The translations under genes were made by a program, and so were the position numbers. The notes below the pieces were generated by a model. It did no database searches and had not been told where the DNA came from. It saw only the letters and a list, made by a program, of their open reading frames with translations. A DNA stretch of 64,000 nt. It comes from Epiperipatus broadwayi. Its lineage: Eukaryota > Animalia > Onychophora. Where the stretch lies: NCBI GenBank assembly GCA_028023455.1, contig JAQFVV010000003.1, forward strand, positions 17,856,001 through 17,920,000, written 5' to 3'. This document shows positions 39,997 to 53,904 of this stretch, piece after piece. Every line of letters begins with the position of its first letter. The stretch's first letter is position 1.

Positions 39997-42423
39997 AGAT
40001 TTAAAAAAAATTAATGTATTTAACTAAAGATATTATTCTTAAACAAATGAGTAGAAGATGTTTGGGCACTTGTAAATTCAATTGTAATAAATTAAAAATA
40101 ATTATACAGTTTTATATGAGAATATATAAGAAATGCAGTATTTATAAAACTAATAGACTGAATAAAGCTTATATAATAATTTTCAAAACTTTATTGAGTT
40201 ACATTTATGCTACATTACAAAAGTTTATATTCATTTTGCTTATTGTTTGTTATGACTATTAATGCTATATATGAAAAATTAATATTTAGAATTAATTATA
40301 AAATATAAAATTGTAAATATTCAATAAGTAAATAATAAATAAAATAAAATGTGATACATAATTTAATAAAGAAAATGTTTGTGAAAATGCATTATTATTT
40401 TGTATACAAATTATAAATGCAAAAAAGTTCATACGGAATAAGAAAACCCACATGAACATTATTATATATAAACTTATATATGCTTGATCCATGTTAAAAA
40501 TTAAAACTATATGTATATACTTATATATATATATATGTCTAAATGTGAAATATGTAAGCATAGAATCATATATATATATATATATGTGATAGCTATTGTC
40601 ATGGCGATGGCAAAATTACATTACGAATACATTTTGCAAAATAATTGCAAAATAACATGTGTGCTTACTTAGACACTAATATACATACAAAATGAAAATA
40701 AACAAATGAGGAATGAAATATTCATATGCAGAAAATGATTATGTGAATAAAGATTTCATTTATTCAGTAAATACACACTGATATATTCATTTAACTAATC
40801 TTAGTAGAGGAGACAATCCCAAAAATTTATAAATAAAGCAAAAAAATAAATAAATTAGTATGTAAATGAAGTCAATAATATGAAAAAAAGATAATTGACT
40901 CTCTCTGACACACTCTTGTTTAAAGAAGTAGAAAAGAAAAAGAATTAACTGACGAGATAAAAATAATACAAGTGTCAATTTTTTTTTAATTACTTTGATT
41001 TATTAAAAGTTATGAAAATACTTATTATATTCGGATATTCTTTTAATATGAAGCACTAGACCAAGGCAAGTAGCACATCAACTCTTATTCTTGATACATT
41101 ATCCAGTGTTTTCTTTGACAACTATTAGAAGCTGCTAAAGAGGGAAAAAAACAGAATCTTGCAGATAAATTGCCAAGAAAAATGTTTGTTTCAAGCAAAA
41201 TAATATACTAACACTACATGTAACTATACTCAATGTTAATGTGACAATAACTAAAAGAGGGAAGATATTCAAAGGAAGAAGAAAGACTTTCAATACAAAA
41301 TGGTATAAAAGGGAGAAACTTTAATGCTTTATATTGTTTTTGAATATTCAAGATGAATAAATAAAAAGACATATTAAACTATAAAAGAATATAGAATGAA
41401 AACAGAAATTTGAGATTGTCAAATAAGATATTATATTTTGTTCACGAATGAATGAGAATAATAAAATCTTTAAATTTGAATTATTCATTGAGCGATCTAT
41501 GTTATAATGCATAGAGAACAATATGAATGAAACTATTTCAATGAAAGTTGCACTGAAATAACTAATAATTTCTTTTTCATATACATATATGAGAAGTTAT
41601 AATGAACAACTAGAGAAATAAAAGATTTGAACTTTTGTTCTGATATCCAACTTGAGAAGTATTCAAGAGAGAATTTATAAATAATACTCTATTGATTTAC
41701 TTTTTTTTATTAATATTTTATTATTTATTAATTTGTTTGATTATTTTTTATGCATGTACTAAAGCAAATATTGGATATAATGCTTTTCTATTTTTTAAAA
41801 AAATATATGAGTTAATTATATTTAATTAGTATACAGTCATAATACCTTTTGTTTTATATAACACATGCTAATAATTATACAGCATTAGTACCACACATAT
41901 GAGTCACAGAAAGAAAGCACCCCATAGCTAAGAACATGCTCTACAATGTGCAAAGTTTGGAATGTGAGGTTATAGAAATATGTGTTTGTTAATACACCTA
42001 TTGTTGTGATTTTTATGTACAAAATCCCAAATACTACTCTTCAATTTTACAGTTATATAACTATTGATTATTTATTTATAACAGATAATGCTAAAACTAT
42101 CATTTGTTTCTCATTTTTTATTATCAACATCACTAGTTGGATGCTTTGTACATAGTTACCGATACAATATATATACACACTTAAAAAAAAACATTCAAAG
42201 TATACTTAATGCTGGTATTAAAAAGTATGCATGTAAAAATTGAAATATTAAGACAAAAATATATAGAGATTATGATATTTTTAGCTTTAAAATAATTTTT
42301 TTTATTAGACAACAAACCTGGTCTACTGTTTAATGTTTCAACATTTACTAAATAAATATAAGAATAGATAGATATTCATAAATATTACCAAAATCATACT
42401 TTTTTTTAATATCCTATAAATAC

Positions 42424-42708
42424 AATTTATCCAAATGATTTTGAACACTTTTTAGCAAAACTCTTTATTTGTACATATTTACATACACCTTACATTTCGA
42501 CTGTCCTGCAGTCTTCCTCAGAGCCAGTTCAATTTAATCTCTTAAAAGTGAACTGGCTCTGAGGAAGACTGCGGGACAGTGGTTTTTTTAAGAGATTAAA
42601 ATGAACTGGCTCTGAGGAAGACTGCAGGACAGTCAAAACATAAGGTGCATGTATATATGTACAAATAAAGAGTTTTGCTAAAAAGTGTTCGAAGTGGTTT
42701 AGATAAAT
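42424..42708. mobile_element. Fold-back with three hammerhead-core copies (Penelope-like 3' end)
   Basis: 42424-42547 is inverted relative to 42586-42708; a third partial copy fills the loop; core CTGAGGA-A-GACTG-CAGGA-CAGTC-GAAA-TGTA on the minus strand. Confidence 0.85.
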
Positions 42709-42849
42709 TATAAGAATTATAAATTAAAGGACTATTAATGGTTGAATCACAATCTTTACTTATAGATAATTTGCATATAAATATAATTCATAAATATATA
42801 AATAGCAAAAATATTATTTTATAAAATAATAGACAATAAAATATCTTTG

Positions 42850-42957
42850 TGTAAAAAATACTAAAACAGAGTTTAAATATAAAATTTAGAAAGATTTATT
42901 GTACCAAATATACTTTCAACACTTTCACATCATACTCTGTTTTAGTATTTTTTTACA
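42850..42957. repeat. About 23-bp inverted repeat pair
   Basis: TGTAAAAAATACTAAAACAGAGT / ACTCTGTTTTAGTATTTTTTTACA. Confidence 0.6.
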
Positions 42958-43686
42958 TTAATATTTAGAATGAAAGAATATCAAACCTAATAAAATATCT
43001 TTATATAGCAGCAATAATTATGTATATATAGTAAAAGTTCTTTTGGAAAATACTCCATTTTTGTCTTTTTCAATGTGTTGGAACTATTTTACAATTATTA
43101 TTATGCTATTTTACAATTTTAATCTACATTGCATACAGAATGACAACTATCTCTTTTATATAACAATAATACAATATGTACAAGGAGGAGATAAAAAAAT
43201 TGTATAAATGTATATTATATAATTTTCCATTCATTTATTACTTAAATTAATTGATATTTTACATATATTCATACAATTATGTTTGATGTAATTAATGTTA
43301 TAATTTATTTAAATATATAAAAAAGCAGCTTAATGTATTAAACTTCTTTCCATTTTTAATGATTTATAAAATAGATGTTGAATATGTGTTAATTATTGAA
43401 AACAAAAAAAAACCCATTAAATATCAATAAATTCAAATTAAATTTATTAAAGAACAATTAATGGAAGTTATAAATTTCTTTAAAATAATAATATAGATGT
43501 TGGATAATATAATTTAACAAAAATCAATGTAAAAAATACTGATAATAAAAGAATATCAAAAATTAACAACAATTAAGAATTTCATATATAAAAAATTAAT
43601 TTACTACTTTCTAATTAAAACAAAATTATCAGAAGTATACTATGTTATTCTTCTCCTTCACTTTCTTTGCATATCTTCATATAATC

Positions 43687-43875
43687 ATATATATTACTTA
43701 TAATACTTCATTCATATACACTTTAATGCAAGTAATTTTCTTAACCTTCTTTATTTTCTTACAGTTTCGACTGTCGAAGACTGCTGGACAGTCGAAACTG
43801 TAAGAAAATAAAGAAGGTTAAGAAAATTACTTGCATTAAAGTGTATACGAATGAAGTATTATAAGTAATATATAT
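43687..43875. mobile_element. Near-perfect 89-bp-arm palindrome whose junction lies inside a hammerhead core
   Basis: 43687-43775 vs 43787-43875: one mismatch (a CpG transition); 11-nt loop GAAGACTGCTG; GACTG-CTGGA-CAGTC-GAAACTGTAAG on the + strand. Confidence 0.9.
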
Positions 43876-43959
43876 AAAACAAAATTATAAAGAAGTTTTT
43901 TATTTGGTGGTCTTTTATTTAATTTGAGTTTATAACTATTGATAACTTTTTATTGTCAC

Positions 43960-44290
43960 ATAATTTTGAGAACTGTAAAAATAAATGGGACATTAATAAA
44001 CTATATGAGATTAGAAACAAAGGTACTTATTTGGAAAAGACCCAAATATTGGAAACTAAAGTGAAGTGGGATTCATTACAAACGAAAGATGAAAAAACAA
44101 TACTGTGCAAATTGATAATACCACAGATGGATGCATATGATTCAAGTTTAGATAAAAATGTTGCAGACACCTTTGGTTCATTATCATTTTCAAGCATTAT
44201 CAATTCACTGCAGGATGAAAATCTCTCCAATTTTAATTCAATTTTTCCAATCCATAATTTTTTTTCCATGCCACACCCACAAACTTCATA
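43960..44290 (+). mobile_element. Possible I-like LINE C-terminal remnant
   Basis: ORF 43953-44291 contains NKLYEIR...TILCKL, reminiscent of KL.EIK...ETILCRLRIGH; the zinc finger is not retained. Confidence 0.3.
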
Positions 44291-44297
44291 ATTATAA

Positions 44298-45590
44298 CCA
44301 TGTCACATATGATCTCTTTTGAGATCTTTTACAATTTTTTGTAACCTAATTTAAGAAATTAATTTTTACATCTCTTATCACATCTTCTATAATATGTCTA
44401 GTCCAGGACTACTTCAATCAATTAATTCTTTCCATGATGTCAATGACATCTATTTGTTCTCTCACTCAACTGTTACATTTTTTAAATCTTTTTGTTACTT
44501 CTGACATATACATCTCCATATTTCATTGAGTGATGAGAAATCTCTGTTTCTCTCTTTTGTTAAGTGTCCAAATCTGATTCATAAGTAAAAACTGCAAAAA
44601 CATATCTACTAAAACGTTTCTTTTTCAAACATATAAACATATTTCCTTTTAATGTTGAGTTCTACCAAAAGCATTTCAACCAAGTTTAATTCTATAATTA
44701 ATTTTATTCATCAAGTTTTTATCTATATTGTAATTGTTAATTTCTAATTTGTGATTATCAATCTTTTATTTTACTGAAAAAATCCACTGGAAGTTACTTT
44801 AGTCTTTTTTGCATTTATCTATAGATGTACTTTCATCTGATAATTGTTGCAATACTTCCTGAATCTCTGAAAAATTAATTGCAAAAAACAACCACATTAT
44901 TTCTAAATCTAGATAACTAAAATAATCTCCATTTACTTTTCCTTCCTTATCTTCCCATTTTAATTCACTAACAACATGTAAAATTGAGTAAGAAGTTTTG
45001 TAGATACAGAATTATTCTGTCATACACCATTCTCAGTTTTAACCTTCTTAGTATTACCATGCAGTTCATGCACTTTAATCATTGCTGCTGTAATTTGATG
45101 AATATTCTTCAGAATAGAACAATATATTTGGCTATATCTTGAGGATCTTAATGATTTAAAACTTTAATTATCATGGACATGTTTATAAAATCAAATACCT
45201 TTTTATAATCTACAAGTCCAAAACAAAATGGCAACTCATATTCATTGGTCCTTTCTATAACTTTTCTTATTTTTTGGATGTGCTCCCAATATGCTAAAAC
45301 TATTCTTAAATTCAACTTGTTCTATTGTTTCTCATTAATCCAAAGTTCATTGCAGATGAATTGCAATTATCTTGTTAAAGATTTAATATAGAACTGATAG
45401 AAAATCAATATATCTGTAATTTCTATCTTCTAAATTATTTTGCTTAAATACCACTGCATTATTCCCATCATCTAATACTTATTTATCATTTAGACATTGC
45501 CATTTTTCCTATTTGTCATCATCTTTTTTAAGATATCAATAATAATTCCATCATTTTTTGCATCTGCTCCCTTCTTCATAGATTTAAATG
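44298..45590 (-). mobile_element. RTE-clade LINE RT and C-terminal remnant (same family)
   Basis: Colinear with 9.3-10.1 kb and 35.8-37.1 kb (TCTCCATATTTCATTGA, AATAATCTCCATTTACTTT, GGCAACTCATATTCATTGGTCCTTTCTATAA). Confidence 0.8.
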
Positions 45591-45689
45591 TATATTAATA
45601 ATTTTTATTAGTCATTCATTAGACTAAAGATTATCCAATAATGAATAATATTTCTATAGTGTAATTTTCACTACACTACTCTCACGCAA

Positions 45690-47075
45690 AGTAGTATAAT
45701 AGAATAAATATGTGGGCCAAGAAAGAATGGTCTTGGTTTGATAATGCCTACAAATTGTGGTGCCATTTATAACAGAATAAACATGAAGGTATCCTCTTTT
45801 TTTAATGCCTCACAGATTTGGGAGTCATTTGTAACTGAATAACTATAATGATCATGGGACATGAAAACTTTAATATAATTTGAATGAAAATATAACCCAA
45901 TCATTGGTCATCATTTGCAACTTAATAAAAATATACTCTGAAGTTGAACGCCATTATAACAGAATAAAATTATTGGTCAAACTGTATCTTGAGTCATGGC
46001 TTAATTATTGTTCACCATTTGTAACAGAATAAAGCATGAACCAAAGAAGAACAATCCTAATTTATTAATGCCAATGAAAATAATAAACTAAATTAAAATG
46101 AATATCAATCAATAAATAACAATCTAACACTTAAGTTAATAAAACAATGATAATAATCTTTGTTGTAACCTTATAGATTCCAATAGCATTTAAAACAGAG
46201 AGAAAGCAAATAAAATATTACTTCAAGCTATCCTAAAATACAAGCATTATTTGCAATAAATTAAAGATAAAGCAATAAAACTAAATATCATTATCTTATA
46301 AATAATAGTATATTCCTATTATCTAAACCCCTTATAACAGAATGAAAATAATGATAAAAAATTACACAGATATACTTTAATATTCCTCATGAATCAATAC
46401 TCCATTTATAATAATACAAACTTATACCAAAATTCAAACATCGTTTCTATTTAAATAAAATAATTTATGAAAGGATGAAATAATAATCTTAATATGCCCA
46501 ACAAGTTTACAATATCAATGATATCTAACAAAATATATAACTCAATAAGTGATTTCTAATTACAATTAAATAAAATAAAAGTACTGCTAACTCAACTATA
46601 GTATTCCACTAATATCAACATACTCTTATTAACCAAGTCAATTATAATAAAATTAAATACTTTATAGTAATACAAAATCAATTAACCTAACATATCTTTC
46701 CACTTTCACCAACTTTAAATACTATAAAATAAAATCATCCTATTAAATAATCTTAAGATAGATTCTCTATATCTAATCATAACAATATATAAAATAAATG
46801 ATAGATTCCTATTTGATGCTTATTCCAACACAATTGATAAATCATATCCACTTTTCAGTTTAATAAAACTAAGTTATTAAAAGTTTAGACTATAACTGCC
46901 AAAGCATGTGAAAGATTATTAGTGTTTATTACAATCAAATATTAATATTAAAATTTAATACGTAAACTAAATTTATTATCCACATTAACGAACTTTAAAT
47001 ATAATTAAAGTAAATCACTCTAATTTGTAACAGAATAAAATATACTACTATTACCAGCTCTATAACTGAATAAAA
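45690..47075 (+). repeat. Degenerate array of the motif CCATTTRTAACAGAATAAA
   Basis: Copies near 45694, 45763, 45825, 45911, 45951, 46015, 46329, 47021 and 47058; the first six are spaced about 40-90 bp apart. Confidence 0.7.
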
Positions 47076-50000
47076 TTACAATTTTTATGGCTGTATGCTG
47101 ACTCAATATAACATTCATTTTAATTGAAAATGATTTAAAATAAAATATGTGAACATTTCATTGCAACTAACTTTACTCATCTTCAATAATCATCATTTGT
47201 ACCTTTATCAATCATAAATTAATTCATATATATAATTTCTATCTTAATATGACTATTATTTGTTACTAACAAAATAATTATAATAAGTTTATAATTACTT
47301 ATTAAATATTTAAGACTGTCAAATTAGTTCATTTATTGCTGTATAAAATCTATACCAGGACTGATAATAAACATTAAATTTAATATAAAGAAAATGGTAT
47401 GTAATTATAATCTCTTACCCATCCAGTGTTTTTTATTTCTAAACTATTTTGTAACTACTTTTAATGAATTATACAGTATGATCAATTGGTGAATATTGTT
47501 TCATCTGAATACAATTAACCAATAAATATGCTTTGTACAATTGAATGACAACCAAGCAAGTTTACTTGTTTTAAATAAATTAATTCAAAATTTATTAACA
47601 AATTGGTATAAATTAAAATCAATATATATATATATGAAAATAAACATTTAAAATAAATGCATATGATCCAATTTTACTTTATGCAATAGGTTTTCAATTG
47701 ACATTAGCTTCATATTTAAATAGATGATTGCACATCAATCTCTTGGATACAAAATACAAACACGTTTATGAAATACAAAATGTTGTAGAATGTGTATACT
47801 TTCCAAAATATAAGAGAGTTCAAGATATATTTTTTATACTTCATATAAAATGTAGTTAATGTAAATAATATATATTGAACCGGGTGGAGTGTTTTATTTT
47901 TTATTAGATAACTTGTGGGAGGAAACAAAATCGATTTATGCTTTTGACTCTTTAATAAAATAACATTATGAAATATAACTTGTAAAACTTTTATACAAAA
48001 TATGATACAATTATAACTTATATATTTGATCTACACCAATGCATTTTAAATATTGCACCACCATGGCCCTTGGGCAGAGAAGAATAATGTCTAGGAGGCA
48101 TCTGTGACCAAGCCAGAGATATATATATAAATATATAACTGTGACCAAGTTTGAAGGACACAGATCTCCTTAGCTGAGAATTCAACACCCATCATTCAAA
48201 GCATTTTTTGTTTCAGAGTAAACCCTGGGCGCCGGTCAGTTACCCATAGATAAATGATGCACTATGAATGATTGGAAAACTAATTCAACACCTAAGATAT
48301 CCCAACTAGCTCAATCAAAAGGATAATATAATATATGGTTACTTTATTTAGTGGTAAAAGAATTGACTAACAAATATTACGTTTAAAGATAATTTATTTT
48401 AACTAAACACTTATCATTCTAATTTTAACTCCTTTTATAAATCTTAACTAACATAAACAATGGTATTTTTATATAATGATCATGCACACATTCTGAATTC
48501 ATACACTAGAATATAATATAACAAAAGCATTAAATAATACATAACATTTAAAAAACACGCACATCAATAGTTCTTTATGCATGCTATAGAGTTCATTTAT
48601 TAACTGACTCTCGGAGGCTTCAGAGTTAGCAATGGCTACATTATTATCAGAAATGAAATAAGAAAATTATTCATCACCTATAGGATTTTTGATGTTAAAT
48701 TCTTGTTTGCTGCTTCAGGTGAAAATCTTTTCCAACCAGTTGGATTTGAGGTTTTGTGGAGGTTGCTTTGCTTAATACTTTGTGACACTATTCTTTAAAT
48801 TAGTTGGACATCCCTGGCAGTTTTTCAAGTTGTTAGGCAGGCATCACTTTTTCCAGGCAAATTGCAGATCTTCCATTGGATTAAGGGCTGGAGCAAAGCC
48901 ATATGATTCCAATGCTTGTTAGCACTGCATTGTCCTGGTAAACACTGGTTGATTGACTGATAGACTGACTGAACTGAACTCAACTGATTAATCAATGAAA
49001 AACTGGACTATTTATGTGATGACCCGTTGTCACTTTGTAAATTGGTTTTTATGTCTGCGAGCTATATCTGTTGATGAAATTCCTCCACTGTTTTTGATTA
49101 CATTCCTTTGATAAGATTTTAATCCTATTGTCAGATGGTAACCACTGCTAATTTGTTGTTTTGTGGATTTTTAATTAATAGCCATTGCTAAATTCCATTC
49201 TTTTATGTAGCTGTTAGTATATGCAATCCTTGAGGGAATTTATTTTAACTTGTAACTTTCACATTTATTCTTTAATATTTAACATGCATATATTTATTTT
49301 ATTAACAAGCACACAGTTTGCTATATTTAAAATCCACTCATCATTTACGCACATATATATTTCTAAAATCAACTTCTTATTTAGTTTTTAAGATTACTTT
49401 TCCCTCCCACTCCTTAAATAGTCCAAACAAAAAGAGAGGGTACCTCCAACCTTATACAATGATTTACTTCCCAAACCGCCACACTTCAACCCCCATTCAC
49501 TTTTCAAAATCTTTAAGTCAATTCCCTCCCCCCCCATCAACCCCCAAACCCCCAGTTTCAACATCTCTAAAGCAAACCCTTTTCCCCCCAACCAAGTACC
49601 TGCAACTCCACTGATAACAATTCTTTAGACCACCACAAATCCATTTATTTATTTATTGACCATCGCACCATTTATAAGAACCCTATTTCAACAATTTTTA
49701 GACAAAAATTTCATATGGATTGTTTTTTCATAAGTGGTACAATATATACAAAAATGAATCTATTTGTAAACATAAATTTAAAAGAACAAAATAAAATACC
49801 TATAATCCTTTTGAACTTCTAATATAAGTGATATACCTGAAATTAGTTTATAATCAATAAAAAATGAATATTTTAAATTAAAACAATAATTACTATGCTG
49901 TAAGATATAAATTCAAACATAGGAAGACATAACTCTTTTATATTTAGTTATATAAATAGATCACTACTTAACTTAAAAATATACTATTTATATTAATAAT

Positions 50001-50242
50001 TACTATACATTTTAAATAAAGAGAAAAAAAATATAACAATAATAATAAATATAAGCAAACAACATGAATAATAGTCTTTAAATACAGACTTTCTAAAATA
50101 GTATCATAGTTCTAGTGTTTATTTTTTTTTAAATTGTGATTTGATGTTTTATTATTCCAGACAAGGTATAAATATTGCAAAAAGCTACAAGATTCAAAGA
50201 ACATTTTATTAATTCCTATATTTTCCAAATATCCTAATTATC

Positions 50243-51324
50243 TTTTTATTTAGCAGATATTTGATCTATATAAGGTTATAAATGTGCAAATACTAATTTA
50301 TATGCATGATGATGCAATTAGATATCCTTTCGTGTAGCAAGTAATCAATTTTTATCCCATATATAAATAATCCATCAAGCTTATAAAATTATATCAATAG
50401 GTAAACATAATGCTTCACCATTGAAAAGTAAGTAATATCAATTTTTAAAGCAAAGAAACATTCAGATAGTTTTTGAAATACTAAGAATTAATTTTCATAT
50501 TTCAATAAATTATCACCTCTCGCAAATTCAATGACTCTTTCTAGTCAATGGATGAACATTATTGCTTTCAACCCATCATTCTATCCATTTTACAATCATA
50601 TACTTTTAAAAATAAATACTAAAAAAATCTTAAGAAAGAACATAGATTTGCTTCTATTGAAATCAAGATAGAGAGAGCTTTTTTTTATTCAGTTATATTT
50701 ATAACTTTTCCCATTGTCATTAGAATAACTATAGCAATACCTCTTATTAACTCTTTAGTCAATTTTAACCAGCATCTCTCAAATAAAAAAATGTATTTAC
50801 AAGAATAACAATAAATAAAATACATATTTTAGAATTATTATATACAACAAACATTTACGTTTTCATAATATAAATACCATTCTTTCATCCTGACATAAAC
50901 TAAACAATTTATAATACATTCTGGAAATATATTTTCATACATATTTTTCCAGTACAATACTATACAAATAAAATAATAAATATATTTGAGATATTAGACA
51001 TTTATTTAGTTGTATTGCTTGTAATTTATTATTGTGAATGCAGGAATGAAAATACAGACAATAACAAAAGAACAATGATTTTATCCAAACATGCTTTATC
51101 ATTCACATATCCATTTTAAAATGAATAAAGTCAATTCACAATCTTATACAATACAATTAATAATAAACAATTTTTTAATACCAATACTATTATTATCATA
51201 GCAATACAGTTCAATGCTTCATAGGTTAACATATCCACCATCAAAATCAAACAAGAAAGAAAAACAAAATTTTATGACTGACATTGCACCACATACTGAA
51301 ACTCATCTCAAACTTCAGCAAGTA
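50243..51324. repeat. About 1.1-kb non-coding dispersed repeat, copy 2
   Basis: See 29781-30918. Confidence 0.9.
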
Positions 51325-51329
51325 TGATA

Positions 51330-51967
51330 GAGATTGGTTTCTATCCACTTTTAATAATCTTTGGGAAGGAATGTAATCATAAAAATATGACTAAAGATAT
51401 GTGGAAAAGATCTATGTTCACCAAGGTGCACATTTCATGCTGAACTAGCACTCATCAGTTGGCCCAGACCACAATTTCTTACACATATCATTATAATTGT
51501 TCAGTTATATAAATAGATTGCAAATTACTATAGTTTATTTGATAGGTGTCAAATGTGTTGCAGTCACAACTTTGACACAAATCACTTAATGAAAGAATAT
51601 TAATAATTTTTATTAGTCATTCATTAGACTAAATATTATCCAATAATGAATAATATTTTTGTAGTGTAATTTTCACTACATCACTCTCATGCATTCTGGG
51701 GATCATAGATCTTTTTCACATATCTTTGGCCATAGATTTATGATTATATCCCTCCCCAACGTGTTAAAAGTGGATAAAAACCAGCCTCCATCTTGCAATG
51801 AAAATTACACTATAGAAATATTATTCATTATTGGATAATCTGTACTCTAATGAATAACTAATAAAAATTATTAATATACTTTCATTAAGTGATTTGTGTC
51901 AAAATTGTGAGGGCAGTACATTTGATACTTATCAATTAAACTATAGAAATTTTCTATCTATGTATAT
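51330..51967. repeat. Interleaved inverted repeats A-B-A'-B' with a minus-strand hammerhead remnant
   Basis: A 51330-51416 is inverted at 51704-51788; B 51507-51677 is inverted at 51799-51967; CTGATGA-GTGCTAGTTCAGCAT-GAAA on the minus strand at about 51428-51462; part of B recurs at about 45595-45690. Confidence 0.8.
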
Positions 51968-53904
51968 ATTGTACCTATCAAAAATTGAGTTCAATTTCAA
52001 TATATGATATAAGATCAGGGATATAATTAAAATATATATTTTTTTCTAAATAGTTTTAAAAAGTTATGCATTAATTTAGAGAATGTTAAAAGTGGTTGCT
52101 ATGTTAACAAAATGCTAGAGGAAGAAATGTATTATTATTATAACATAAGTTAATAAATTAATCTACTTTCAAAACACATATGACTAATAAAACAGTAATG
52201 TTAATAATAAAATAAATAACTTTAATAATATTCATTAATGTTTTTTCTATTTTTTTATTTATTGCTGTCATAACTAGTATCCTAAAGACACTACAAATAA
52301 ATGTTTAATATTCTAAACATACTAATTTTTATGTTTACATTACGTGTGATGTTTAAGTTAAGATAATATATATGGATTATATATTTCCAACACAATATTA
52401 TGAAAATATAGTTTAAATTATTTTAATTTGTATTAATTTAAAAGGTATAATATTTATTTTCAAAGTGTAAATTTTTTTTATATAAATATTATTTTATTTT
52501 CGCTATTGTTATAAAAGAAAAACTTTGATTTTGGAAAGCAGAACAAATCTAATTTTAATATTTAGGTAAAAACAGCATATCCTTGGTTTCAATGATGAAT
52601 ATTACGTCAAACATAACAAAGTTACAATTTAAAATCACTCTCTAATATTCTGACTTTCATTGAAGCAAATCTGAACACCCACATATATATATATAACTTT
52701 TATTTTATAAGTGTTCAATTTGATAACTATGAAAAAATGGAATAGCAAAAGAATGTATTTGTTTAGGAAACCAAACTGGTTTCTTCAAATACTTGCCAAA
52801 AGAAGAAGGAAAAACTTCTGATTTTAAAGCTCATTTTAAAATTGTCTGTCAACAAAGTGTTTTATTTATCAAATGTCAAAATTATCAATACACTGATATA
52901 TACATAAACTATTTTATTTAAAAATTAGCGTTTAACAATTGTGATGGATTATTTCAGCATTAGATTGAAATTGATTACTTATATATTACTTATGTTATAA
53001 AAGGATGCCAGCATCAGTTTGTTCTAACAACAGCATTTATGATATCAATCATTTTATTATGCAAAGGATGATAAAGTAATAATTGGAATTTACCAGGAAT
53101 TTGACTTTATATTTCATTTTGGATAACCATCTAAAATTGATTTCATACCAACCAAATCAGTGAATTTCACTGGATTATTTGAAGCTCACAGAATATAAAC
53201 ATTTGAACTATTGCGCTTTTCTGGAGTATACACATAGAAAGACTTAATGCAGATCATATATATAGATGTATATTTTATCTATTCATTAGTTTACATTATA
53301 TTGTATTATTATCATTAGTTATTATCTTGTATGTTAATAAGTTGTACATTCACATAAAAAAAAGGTAAAATAAATTTAAGTCTTAATTATATTCTAAATT
53401 TTAATATTTAAAATTTTAATTTAAAGTTTGATATATTTATTTGTTGATTGTATATTATTTTTAATGCACATATTGTGAGTATTGAAAAATTTAAATGATT
53501 ATATTATAACAAACCAATAAATATATGTTTTATTTTATTTTAATAAATTGTCATATAGGATGAATATTATATAATTACTATTAGCTTTCTTTAAGTTTAG
53601 CAATGTATTTGTTCAACAACACTCATTTATACACAAATTATTTTATATAATAAATATAAAATAGACAAACTTTTGCTTTATAAATATCTATCTTCTTTAA
53701 TAATAATTCAGATGAAAGATATAATTTACAATATTTAGCTGGAAAGTATATCACAATATCTTTTATTATTAACTTGTCATTTTTTTTATTAATAATAATA
53801 AATATTGATTTAATTAAATAAATAAACTCAATTCAGTAATCAATTTAATTAGACATGCACACTTATTTGCTAATATAATTTTAAATATTTAATGGTTTCA
53901 TATA

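Noticed and set aside
45690-47075. CRISPR array
   Set aside because: Repeats are degenerate and irregularly spaced, the spacers are related to each other, there are no cas genes, and the context is eukaryotic
48600-48960. GC-richer stretch as an exon or zinc-knuckle ORF
   Set aside because: Stops in the frames examined and no convincing motif; probably unclassified TE debris
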